A DNA stretch of 34,962 nt, from contig JBGSNL010000056.1 of the NCBI GenBank assembly GCA_041739675.1, forward strand, positions 1 to 34,962, in the 5' to 3' direction. The translations under genes and the position numbers were made by a program. Numbering within the stretch: the stretch's first letter is position 1; the number at the start of each line of letters is the position of its first letter. Origin of the DNA: a bacterium (lineage in GTDB: Bacteria; UBA10199; 2-02-FULL-44-16; DYJF01). The notes beneath the pieces are model-generated. The model was not told where the DNA came from and made no database searches. It saw only the letters and a program-made list of their open reading frames with translations. Positions 16,806 to 25,480 of the stretch are shown piece after piece.

Positions 16806-18109
16806 TTTCTCACCTCCGCCGTGATCTCCCGCCTGATATAGAAGATCCAGACCGCAAAAAGGAAAATATATACGATGCCGAACGCTATGATGGACGCTAG
16901 TATCTGCCCGGCCGGAACGTTCACGGACGCTGCGTCGGCGGTCTCGATAAGACGGTAGACGGCCCACGGCTGTCGCCCGACTTCCGCCGTCATCCAGCCC
17001 AGATCGTTGGCGATGAAGGGCAGGGGCAGTGAAATCATAGCGAGCTTCAAAAACAATTTATTCTCAAAGAGAAGCTTCTTCCAGAGGAGGAAAAGGCCGA
17101 AGGCGCCGAAGGCGATGAAGTAGAGCCCCAGAATCACCATGACGTGAAACGGATAAAACGTGAGTGCGAGCGGCGGCCACATCTCCTTTGGAAACTCCTT
17201 GAGGCCCATGACCTCGGCGTCGAAGCTGCCGAAGGCGAGCAGGCTCAAGAGCCCCGGTATCCTGATTGCGGCGTCCATTTTTTCTTCATCCCTGTTTGGA
17301 ATTCCGAAGACGAGTGCCGGAGCGTTCCGCTGCGTTTCAAAAATCCCTTCGATCGCGGCGAGTTTTTCCGGCTGTGTGTGTGCCACCTGAATGGCATGGT
17401 AATGGCCGAGACCCAGTTGGGCCACGGAAGCGGCGAATGCCACGATGAGGGCCATCTTCATCGATTTCGTCACGAACTCGGCTGTCTTTCCTTTGAGCAG
17501 AAAGATTGCATCCACCCCGACGATGAAAAAAGCGCCGGTCATGATCGTGCCGCAGATGGTGTGGAGATAGCGCGGCAGGACGGACGGGTTGAACATGGCG
17601 GCCCAGAAGCTCGTAAGCTCCGCGCGCCCCTCGACAATATGATAGCCGGCGGGTGTCTGCATCCACGAGTTGGCGACGATGATCCAGAAGCCTGATAGGG
17701 TGGCGCCGATGGCGACCATGAGGGACGCGAACCACAAAGTCTTGACGGGAAGTTTTTTCCAGCCGTAAACCAGTACGGCGATGAAGACCGATTCGAGGAA
17801 GAAGGAGAATATCCCCTCGGCTGCAAGCGGGGCGCCGAAGATGTCGCCCACGAATCTTGAATACCACGACCAGTTTGTGCCGAATTGAAATTCGAGAGGA
17901 ATGCCCGTCACTACTCCGATGACGAAGTTTATCGTGAGAATCTTTGTCCAGAAACGCGCCATCCGGCCGTAGGTTTCATCCCCCGTTTTTTTATACACGG
18001 TCATCATCCAGACGAGAAACCAGGAGAGCCCGATGGTCAAAGGGGCAAAAATAAAGTGGAAGCTTGTTGTCAGCGCGAATTGTATTCTTGAAAGTAGGAC
18101 GGCATCCAT
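16802..18109 (-). CDS. cydA: Cytochrome bd oxidase subunit I (short Q-loop type)
   Basis: SRIQFA...FH, EFQFGTNW, FFLES, ANSWMQTP, QPEKLAAIEG and AEVGRQPW. Confidence 0.96.
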   Translation of the reverse strand: MDAVLLSRIQFALTTSFHFIFAPLTIGLSWFLVWMMTVYKKTGDETYGRMARFWTKILTINFVIGVVTGIPLEFQFGTNWSWYSRFVGDIFGAPLAAEGIFSFFLESVFIAVLVYGWKKLPVKTLWFASLMVAIGATLSGFWIIVANSWMQTPAGYHIVEGRAELTSFWAAMFNPSVLPRYLHTICGTIMTGAFFIVGVDAIFLLKGKTAEFVTKSMKMALIVAFAASVAQLGLGHYHAIQVAHTQPEKLAAIEGIFETQRNAPALVFGIPNRDEEKMDAAIRIPGLLSLLAFGSFDAEVMGLKEFPKEMWPPLALTFYPFHVMVILGLYFIAFGAFGLFLLWKKLLFENKLFLKLAMISLPLPFIANDLGWMTAEVGRQPWAVYRLIETADAASVNVPAGQILASIIAFGIVYIFLFAVWIFYIRREITAEVRN

Positions 18110-18111
18110 TT

Positions 18112-18273
18112 TTATTCCAGAAGTTCGAACTGGCTTTTATCGACGCCGCACTCGGGGCAGAGCCAGTCGTCGGGGATATCCTCAAAGCGCGTTCCGGGTT
18201 TTACGTCGTTGTCGGGATCGCCGATCGCCGGGTCATAGATGTACCCGCAAACTGTGCATACCCATTTTTGCAT
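18112..18273 (-). CDS. rub: Rubredoxin (53 aa, absent from the ORF track)
   Basis: Translated by hand: [53 protein letters not shown]; two CxxCG motifs; GGAGGG RBS. Confidence 0.96.
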   Translation of the reverse strand: MQKWVCTVCGYIYDPAIGDPDNDVKPGTRFEDIPDDWLCPECGVDKSQFELLE

Positions 18274-18287
18274 GGCCCCCCTCCCAA

Positions 18288-18776
18288 TTAAAATTTTGCC
18301 AGCTCCGAGTTCAAAATCGTTATGTGATACATCTCCTCATGGATGATCGTCTCTATCCTGCCGCGGCCGAGATTCTCCGGAATCATGTCCCTGATGCCGG
18401 TGTAGAAGGCGATGGAATCTTTTTCAAATCCCAGAGCTGTCTTCAGTATCTGCTGCGGGCTCTGGTCCTTTGTCAGATATTTATCGGGACCTGAGCTGAT
18501 GTCAAAGACGCGCCCGTCGGCCATGGCCCGCAGGTATTCTTTGGTCTGATTTTCAGGATCGAAGACCACATTCTTTTTCTCCTGGGCCGCAAGCTCGTTT
18601 CGTATCGCCGTGAAAATCAACTTGTGCTGGTTCTCCATGTCGGACAGATCGGAGAGGAGTTTTTTTGTCTTGGGATCCGAAAATCTCTCCGAGGCCCGGC
18701 GGTAAAAATCAGCCCCGTTCTCTTCTATCTTTACCGCAATCTCGAATATTTCATCCGCGTTGAAACGTATGCCCAT
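18288..18776 (-). CDS. Ferritin-like/rubrerythrin-family diiron protein without rubredoxin domain
   Basis: [29 protein letters not shown] and EEMYH; start ATG 18776 after GGAGGG. Confidence 0.88.
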   Translation of the reverse strand: MGIRFNADEIFEIAVKIEENGADFYRRASERFSDPKTKKLLSDLSDMENQHKLIFTAIRNELAAQEKKNVVFDPENQTKEYLRAMADGRVFDISSGPDKYLTKDQSPQQILKTALGFEKDSIAFYTGIRDMIPENLGRGRIETIIHEEMYHITILNSELAKF

Positions 18777-18846
18777 ATGGCCCTCCAATTTGTTTCTTAA
18801 TACCGCCAATCAAACAGGAAATCTAGCATAAACCCACTTGCAGGAA

Positions 18847-19362
18847 TCATCTGAGTTTTTCTACCTCTCTAAGAACCGAGTTGTAATCAGGTTCATTCGT
18901 GACTTCGCCCACCATCTGCGTGTAGCGGATCATCCCTTCGCGGTCCACGATGAAGATCGCGCGCGCGAGGAGCCGGAGCTCTTTTATCAGAACGCCGTAG
19001 GCCGTTCCGAAAGACGCGTCGCGGTGGTCGGAAAGGGTAATCACGTTATTCACTCCCGCCGCGCCGCACCAGCGTTTTTGCGCAAAGGGCAGATCCATGC
19101 TGATCGTGAGGACGACGACGTCCGGGCCCATATTTGTCGCTTCCTGATTGAAGCGGCGAGTTTCCGTATCGCACACCGCCGTGTCGAGCGACGGCACCGA
19201 CGTGACCACGCAGATCTTTCCGCGGAAAGATGAGAGCTTCACCGGTTTGAGATCGTTGTCTAAAAGCTCCACGTCAGGGGCGTTCGCCGGCGTTCTGATC
19301 TCGTTTCCCAACAGGGTGAGCGGATTTCCTTTTATCGTCACAAGCCCTTTTCGTTCTTTCAT
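18847..19362 (-). CDS. tpx: Thiol peroxidase (atypical 2-Cys peroxiredoxin)
   Basis: VPSLDTAVC, ISMDLPFAQKRWC, LLARA and EPDY; start ATG 19362 after AAGGAG. Confidence 0.95.
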   Translation of the reverse strand: MKERKGLVTIKGNPLTLLGNEIRTPANAPDVELLDNDLKPVKLSSFRGKICVVTSVPSLDTAVCDTETRRFNQEATNMGPDVVVLTISMDLPFAQKRWCGAAGVNNVITLSDHRDASFGTAYGVLIKELRLLARAIFIVDREGMIRYTQMVGEVTNEPDYNSVLREVEKLR

Positions 19363-19373
19363 ATTTTTCTCCT

Positions 19374-19946
19374 TTACCAGTTTTCTCCCAGAATCTCGAA
19401 ATGAGCCCGGGGATGCGCGCATGCCGGACAAACGGCCGGCGCTTCGTTTCCCGTGTGCGTGTAACCGCAATTGAGGCAGCGCCACGTGACCGCTTCGCTC
19501 CTTTTGAAGACCGATCCGCTTTCGATGTTAGCCATCAGCGCCATATACCGCTTCATATGCTGCTTTTCGGCCACTGAAACGGAGTCAAATGTCTTTGCAA
19601 CCTCTTCAAACCCCTCTTTGCGGGCGATGGCGGCAAACCCGGGATACATCTCGGACCACTCGTTTCTCTCCCCTTCAGCCGCCTCCGCAAGGTTCTTTAC
19701 AGTTGTTTCGATCGTGCCCGCCGGGAACGTCCCGTGGATCTCCACCATCCCGCCCTTCAGGAACTTGAAAAAGCGCTTCGCGTGTTCGCGCTCCTGATTT
19801 GCCGTTTCTTCGAAGATATAGGCGATCTGTTCGTATCCCTCTTTTTTCGCCTGGCCGGCGAAATACGTATAGCGATTCCTGGCCTGCGACTCGCCGGCAA
19901 ACGCCGTCAGCAGATTTTTCTCCGTCTGCGATCCCTTGAATTCCAT
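19374..19946 (-). CDS. rbr: Rubrerythrin
   Basis: AFAGESQARNRY, QEREHA, MYPGFA, AEKQH and C-terminal CLNCGY...CPACAHP. Confidence 0.96.
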   Translation of the reverse strand: MEFKGSQTEKNLLTAFAGESQARNRYTYFAGQAKKEGYEQIAYIFEETANQEREHAKRFFKFLKGGMVEIHGTFPAGTIETTVKNLAEAAEGERNEWSEMYPGFAAIARKEGFEEVAKTFDSVSVAEKQHMKRYMALMANIESGSVFKRSEAVTWRCLNCGYTHTGNEAPAVCPACAHPRAHFEILGENW

Positions 19947-19980
19947 AAAATTTCCTTTCCGCCCGTTTTCGGGCCGATTA

Positions 19981-20538
19981 TCAGCTTAAGTGTCCTACCA
20001 GAATTTTGATTCCGATGGCAATCAGGATTATTCCGCCGGCGATCTCCAGCTTGCTCTCGAAGAAATGGCCGACTTTTTTTCCGATATAGACCCCGGCAAA
20101 TGAAATGAAAAACGTCACTATACCTATTATTATGGAAGGGGTGATGATGGGCACGGCAATAAAAGAGAGGCTCAGACCCACGGCCAGCGCGTCTATGCTG
20201 GTTGCGACCGACAGCGCAAGGAGCGTCCCCAGCCTCATGCAGTCGACGGGTTTTTTATCCTCTTTGAGTTTTGCGGATTCGTAGATCATCTTGACCCCTA
20301 TTGCCAGAAGGAGGCCGAAGGCGATCCAGTGATCGATGCCGGTTATGAGATTTTTCAGGCCGCTTCCCGCGAGCCAGCCGACGACCGGCATGGCCGCCTG
20401 AAAACCGCCGAAGAAGAGGGCGATTCGCAGTGCATGACGGATCTTGAGGCGCGATATCGCAAAACCGCTCGTTACGGAGACGGCGAACGCGTCCATCGAA
20501 AGACCGACGGCTATGAAAAATATGGTGAAGATGCTCAT
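19981..20538 (-). CDS. mntP: Manganese efflux pump MntP family
   Basis: Duplicated DUF204 motifs LSMDAFAVS and ATSIDALAVG; FQAAMP and DHWIAF. Confidence 0.93.
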   Translation of the reverse strand: MSIFTIFFIAVGLSMDAFAVSVTSGFAISRLKIRHALRIALFFGGFQAAMPVVGWLAGSGLKNLITGIDHWIAFGLLLAIGVKMIYESAKLKEDKKPVDCMRLGTLLALSVATSIDALAVGLSLSFIAVPIITPSIIIGIVTFFISFAGVYIGKKVGHFFESKLEIAGGIILIAIGIKILVGHLS

Positions 20539-20544
20539 GGAATA

Positions 20545-21543
20545 TCAGTCCACTTTGACTTCGCGCAGAAACTTCGAACATTCCTCCGGCAACATTATAT
20601 TTATGAATATGCCCGATCCGATTTCAAAACCGGCGGGAGTCGTGAGCCTCGGGACGATCACCAGGCGGCAGTGATCGTAGTGAACCTCTCCGTCCGAGAT
20701 CGGAGATGAGGTGACGACAAGGTTGTAATCGGGATCGGCCAGCCCGACGTAAATTTTCTTCAACGTTACTCTTAAAACTTCGGAGAGCTCGTCCATCTCT
20801 TCTCCCGAGATTGAGTCGAACCTTGAGAAGTGGCGCTTCGGAATGATCCGCGTCTCGAACGGGGTGTGCGACGCAAAAAGGGAAAATACCACGAAATGTT
20901 TCCCCTCATATATGATGCGCTCTTTCTGTTTGAGCTCTTCTTCCAGCATCACGCAGTGCGGGCACTGGCCGTACGTGTCGTGATAAAGTATGGCATACTG
21001 CGTGAGCTGGCGCACGTGGGGCGGCACGATGGGAGTTGCGATGATCTGCGAATGCGGATGCTCAAGGGATGTGCCGGCCCTTGCCCCGTGGTTCCTGAAT
21101 ATCGTTATCATATCGACCTTCCCGTCACGGGCAAGATCCGAGTATCGGCTCTTATAACATTCAAGCACGCTCCGCACTTCGGCGGCGGACATGGTTGCAA
21201 GTGTCGCATCGTGGCGGGGGCTTTCGATGATGACCTCGGCCCTGCCGAATCCGTCGGCCGAGAGAAATTTTCCGACGTCCTTCCGGACGGGTGAGAGCTC
21301 CGGGTTGACCGCCGCGAACTTATTGGGAACAGAGCGGACGAGCCATTCGCCCGCCGATTCTTTAGTATAGAGCGGAGCGGGGGTCTGGTTCTCGTTTCCC
21401 GGACAGAAGGGGCACTTCGGATCGTGGGCTGGGCGTTCCTTTCTTTTCTCGGCAGTCTTGGCGAACTGGTCGGGGCGCTTCGAACGTTCCGGCGCTATGA
21501 TGACCCACTCTTTCGTGATAAAGTTCTGTCTGAATTGCGGCAT
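20545..21543 (-). CDS. galT: Galactose-1-phosphate uridylyltransferase-family nucleotidyltransferase
   Basis: WVIIAPERSKRP, CPFCPGNE, PNKF, AGTSLEHPHSQ and AGFEIGSG; substrate not established. Confidence 0.85.
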   Translation of the reverse strand: MPQFRQNFITKEWVIIAPERSKRPDQFAKTAEKRKERPAHDPKCPFCPGNENQTPAPLYTKESAGEWLVRSVPNKFAAVNPELSPVRKDVGKFLSADGFGRAEVIIESPRHDATLATMSAAEVRSVLECYKSRYSDLARDGKVDMITIFRNHGARAGTSLEHPHSQIIATPIVPPHVRQLTQYAILYHDTYGQCPHCVMLEEELKQKERIIYEGKHFVVFSLFASHTPFETRIIPKRHFSRFDSISGEEMDELSEVLRVTLKKIYVGLADPDYNLVVTSSPISDGEVHYDHCRLVIVPRLTTPAGFEIGSGIFINIMLPEECSKFLREVKVD

Positions 21544-21566
21544 AGATTCTCCTTCTTATTCTTAAA

Positions 21567-23189
21567 TTATTTCAAAAAACCCATTCCCAGAAGAACGAGA
21601 AGCTGTCCCACGATCGTGAGGGCGATGAGCGCCACGGGATAGGCGGCCGCGTATGAGACGGCGGGGGAGTCGTCTTCAAGCGTTTTGAGCAAAATGCCCA
21701 AAGACGGGCTGGAGGTCTTGGCTCCGCAGACAGCTCCGAGAGATTGGGAGACGGATATTCCGAAGACACGGTGGACGAGAAAATACGATGCAAAAAGGGA
21801 CAAAATCGAGACGATCGCCCCCAATATGAAAATGGCGGGTATGTTATATTCCCCGACGATGGCCGGCAGATCGTGGCCCGCCTTGATGCCTACCCCTATC
21901 AAAAAGAAGACGAGCCCCAGATCGCGCAGGAAAAATTTTGTGGCGTTCGGCACCCTCACCGACCATTTCCCTATCTTTCCAAAATGGCTCAGGATGAGCG
22001 CGACGAAGAGCGGCCCCCCGGCTGCGCCGAGCTTCAACGTGATTGAGCCGATCTGCACGGGTAGCTCGCCTATGAGCGCGCCCAAAAACATGCCCATCGT
22101 GAGGATCAATATGTTTGTGTCGTCTAACCGCCTCTTTTCGGAGCCGGCTGTTTTTATGAACTTCTCCACGTTTTCCTGGGGGCCGACGACGCGGATGAAA
22201 TCACCGATTTCAAGGACGGCGTCCCCTGTGGGCGCTATGGCAATGTCGCCGCGGTAGAGGCGGCTCACCGTGACGCCGTAGGTCTCCGGAAGCTTCAGGT
22301 CCCTCAAGTGTTTTCCGGCCACCTGCGAGCTGGATACAAAGATGTCCTTGATTTCAAACCCCGCCTGCCGCGGGAGCTCTGCTTCGATTTCCTCACCCAC
22401 AAGGATCCTGAATTTTTCCAGCTCGGCAGGCGTGCCCACGGCGACGACTATATCATTCAGCTCGAAATGCGTTTCGGGAAGACAGGCGTGGATATCGTTT
22501 CCGTGCTTGTAGCGCGTCAGATTCACGCGGCAGAATTTGTGGATGTCCAGTTCTTCGATCGTCTTTCCAGTCAGATTCGAGTTGGTCAGGCGGTACTGGC
22601 GCGTAGCAAAGTGATATTTTTCCCGTTCCCCTGCCTCTTTTTCCCTCTCCTCCGTGATTTTTTTGCGATAGATGCGCGGCACAATTTGCACAAAGAGGAT
22701 CTCGCTTAAAAGTCCGAATGGATAGGCGATGGCGTAGCTAACCGAAGCCAATCCGCTCGCGTGGGGCAGATAGTTTTCAATCGTGTTGATGGCGGATGCC
22801 AGGGCCGGCGTGGAGGTCATGGCGCCCGCAAAGGCTCCTGCGGCGATGCTTGTGCCAAGACCCAGCGGGCGGGCCAGAAGCAGCGCGGCTGCCGCGCCCG
22901 CGCACACCGTGAATATCGCCAAGGCCGTGAATTTGACACCACGCCTTCCGAATAGCCTGAAAAACTGCGGGCCGGCCTGAAGGCCTATCGCGTATACGAA
23001 AAAGATGATGCCCAGGTTCGTGATGACCGGCGACATCTGCGCGCCTAAAGCTCCCGCCCCCACGGCAACGAAAAGGCACGCGCTGTTGCCCAGCGATATC
23101 CCTTTTATCTTGATGTGGCCCAGACCGTAGCCAAGAAAGATCGTGACCAGGAGGACGAATATCTGGTTGTCCAGAAATGCCTGCAACAT
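21567..23189 (-). CDS. AspT/YidE/YbjL-family transporter with two TrkA-C domains
   Basis: FVYAIGLQAGPQFF, AGAMTSTPAL, YAIAYPFG, central soluble repeats, AGGPL, GAKTSSP and YAAAYP. Confidence 0.92.
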   Translation of the reverse strand: MLQAFLDNQIFVLLVTIFLGYGLGHIKIKGISLGNSACLFVAVGAGALGAQMSPVITNLGIIFFVYAIGLQAGPQFFRLFGRRGVKFTALAIFTVCAGAAAALLLARPLGLGTSIAAGAFAGAMTSTPALASAINTIENYLPHASGLASVSYAIAYPFGLLSEILFVQIVPRIYRKKITEEREKEAGEREKYHFATRQYRLTNSNLTGKTIEELDIHKFCRVNLTRYKHGNDIHACLPETHFELNDIVVAVGTPAELEKFRILVGEEIEAELPRQAGFEIKDIFVSSSQVAGKHLRDLKLPETYGVTVSRLYRGDIAIAPTGDAVLEIGDFIRVVGPQENVEKFIKTAGSEKRRLDDTNILILTMGMFLGALIGELPVQIGSITLKLGAAGGPLFVALILSHFGKIGKWSVRVPNATKFFLRDLGLVFFLIGVGIKAGHDLPAIVGEYNIPAIFILGAIVSILSLFASYFLVHRVFGISVSQSLGAVCGAKTSSPSLGILLKTLEDDSPAVSYAAAYPVALIALTIVGQLLVLLGMGFLK

Positions 23190-23198
23190 TTGCGGCCG

Positions 23199-23227
23199 AA
23201 TTTATGCGGCGGCAGGGCTTATGTCAA
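23199..23227 (-). promoter_or_regulatory. Sigma70 promoter TTGACA-17 nt-TAAATT at the head of the minus-strand run
   Basis: Minus strand reads ttgaca taagccctgccgccgca taaatt cggccgcaa ATG. Confidence 0.65.
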
Positions 23228-23292
23228 AATGAATTATTCCCGATAAATCGTCCTTGATTCGCGCTCGAAAAACGGTGATATATGTCCGCCGT

Positions 23293-24894
23293 ATGAGATT
23301 TCGCTCCTTCCTTATATTGTTTTTCCTGATCGTTTCGGCCCCCGGCGCTTTCGCGGAGGATCTTTCAATTGAAGATCAGATAAAAGAAACGCTCGCGGCG
23401 GGCAGACGAGTCGCCGGCGAGGAGCTCCGCACGCCTCAGCTTCTGGGCGATTTCTACGGCGCGCGCGAATACAAACCCGTCTGGGTCAAAGATAATAACG
23501 TCACGTCGCTGGGCAAGGATCTCATAAAGGCCATCGGGGCCTCCTCGAAAGAGGGCCTGCCGCCTGAACTTTACCGTCTCTCGAAGATAGAAGAGCTCAT
23601 CGGGCAGGCTGAAAAACCTTTGCCTGTTGATATCGAGCTCCTCTTGAGCGACGCTTTTTTCTCGCTGGGCTTCCACTATGCCTACGGTGCGATCGATCCG
23701 GACAAGGGAAAGCTCAGGTGGTTCGAGCCGCCGGCATCGGACAAGCTCAAGATAGTTCTGGAAACGGTTATCAGCACTGGCAACGTGGAAGGCCCGCTCG
23801 CAGCACTTCTGCCGAAAACTCAATCGTACACAGAGCTTAAAAAGGCGCTTGCCCGGTATGTGGAGCTGGCCTCAAAGACAAAGTGGCCCAAGATCGCCGG
23901 CCTCACCAAGGGAACAAAGATAAATCTTGGCGATGAAGACGAGAGGATCGCCTCGATCAGGGAGCGTCTGGGTGTCGCGAAGAAGGTCTCGGCCAATGAG
24001 AGGCATAATCCCAATATATATGATGATGGGCTCCTTGATGCGGTTGTCCAGTTTCAGCGGGAAAACGGTCTTCTGGATGACGGCGTGATAGGCTACCGCA
24101 CCGTGGATGCCATGAACGTGTCCATTGAGGATCGCGTCTGCCAGATAAGATTGAATCTGGATCGCCTTCGCGCGCTGGCGAACATCTGGGACGAGCCGTC
24201 AAGGATAGTCGTCAACATCCCGGCCTTCTGGCTCGAGACATATGAGGGCGGAAGTCTTGTCCTCGACATGAAAATAATCGACGGGATGGTGTCGCGCAAG
24301 ACGCCGACGCTTTCGAGCGAGATCGTCCATCTCATTTTCAGCCCGAAATGGTACGTGCCGGACAAGATTCTTTTCGAGGATAAGCTCAAACACATAAGAA
24401 AAGATCCTTCGTGGCTCAAACGCCACGGCATGCGAGTCTATGAGAAGGGCGGGGGAGAGGTCGATCCGGAATCGATCGACTGGACGCAGTTCCAATCAAA
24501 ACACATTCCGTACCGCGTTGTGCAGGCCTCAGGCGATCTGAACGCCCTGGGGCGCGTGAAGTTCATCTTCCCGAATCCTTATGACGTCTATCTGCACGAC
24601 ACGCCCGACAAGGGGCTTTTCAAAAATGCGCAAAGGTCCTTCAGCTCCGGCTGCATGCGCATAGAAAAGCCGGTCGAGCTTGCCCAGCTGCTTTTGAAAG
24701 ACAAGCCCAACTGGGATGCCGACAAGATCAAAGACGCGATGAACAGGAATTACGAGCAGGTTGTCCCGTTAACAAAACCCATGCCTATACATGTTATATA
24801 TGTAACGGCATGGGTTGATAAAAACGGAACGCTTGAATTTCGCGATGACGTCTACGGCTATGACAGCCGGTACAAAAAAATACTCTGCGACTGA
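23293..24894 (+). CDS. L,D-transpeptidase, YcbB/LdtD type (scaffold, peptidoglycan-binding and YkuD domains)
   Basis: Signal peptide; FQRENGLLDDGVIG; VNIPAF; NALGRVKFIFPN; catalytic YLHDTP...SSGCMR; start reset to ATG 23293. Confidence 0.93.
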   Translation: MRFRSFLILFFLIVSAPGAFAEDLSIEDQIKETLAAGRRVAGEELRTPQLLGDFYGAREYKPVWVKDNNVTSLGKDLIKAIGASSKEGLPPELYRLSKIEELIGQAEKPLPVDIELLLSDAFFSLGFHYAYGAIDPDKGKLRWFEPPASDKLKIVLETVISTGNVEGPLAALLPKTQSYTELKKALARYVELASKTKWPKIAGLTKGTKINLGDEDERIASIRERLGVAKKVSANERHNPNIYDDGLLDAVVQFQRENGLLDDGVIGYRTVDAMNVSIEDRVCQIRLNLDRLRALANIWDEPSRIVVNIPAFWLETYEGGSLVLDMKIIDGMVSRKTPTLSSEIVHLIFSPKWYVPDKILFEDKLKHIRKDPSWLKRHGMRVYEKGGGEVDPESIDWTQFQSKHIPYRVVQASGDLNALGRVKFIFPNPYDVYLHDTPDKGLFKNAQRSFSSGCMRIEKPVELAQLLLKDKPNWDADKIKDAMNRNYEQVVPLTKPMPIHVIYVTAWVDKNGTLEFRDDVYGYDSRYKKILCD

Positions 24895-25332
24895 TTATTC
24901 AGTCGTCGTTTCCGTAGAGCTCTCTTCAGGATCCTTCGTGTAGATCGCCCTTGTATTTTCCGTATCCCAGACCTCAACAGATTCCACCGGCAGCCCGAAT
25001 TCCGATGCGTGCGTGTATATAAGGCGCGCGATGTTTTCTTCGGTCGGGTTTTCATTCATGACGTATACGCGCTCGTTCAATGAATTGAGCGCCGGCAGGA
25101 GCGGGTCGGTGTTGCAAAGGATCAGGGAGTGGTCGAGATCCTTGTTGATCCAGGTTCCCACGGTTTCCTCGACCTTTGTTTTGGGATAGACCTGTCCGCG
25201 TTCGTTGAGCGACGTGTTCTGGAGTGTGAGGATTACCGTTGCGGAGTGCCCGTGGACCTGAGCGGGTTTGCCTGTCTCTCCCAAGAGACGATGGCCGTAA
25301 CACAGATTGAATGTCTGTGTGATACAATGCAT
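24895..25332 (-). CDS. QueD/6-pyruvoyl-tetrahydropterin synthase-family protein with atypical active site
   Basis: CYGHRL, HGH, LDH and NPTEENIA are present, but CxxxHGH reads PAQVHGH and the C-terminal ET reads DT; AAAGGGGG RBS. Confidence 0.85.
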   Translation of the reverse strand: MHCITQTFNLCYGHRLLGETGKPAQVHGHSATVILTLQNTSLNERGQVYPKTKVEETVGTWINKDLDHSLILCNTDPLLPALNSLNERVYVMNENPTEENIARLIYTHASEFGLPVESVEVWDTENTRAIYTKDPEESSTETTTE

Positions 25333-25480
25333 GCGATCCCCCTTTCACGTTTATGTCGAGCGCACAAAGCGCCTAAAATTCAATGGGACTCGCAAGGGAC
25401 ACATCTCACGATCAAGTGAGCAATTTATAGCACAAATAAAAAAACGTGGAAAGACGAAATTACTATTGTATATCTAAGGC

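Noticed and set aside
25333..25420. PreQ1 riboswitch upstream of the QueD-like gene
   Set aside because: Only small hairpins; no GTTC loop with an A-rich tail typical of preQ1-I.
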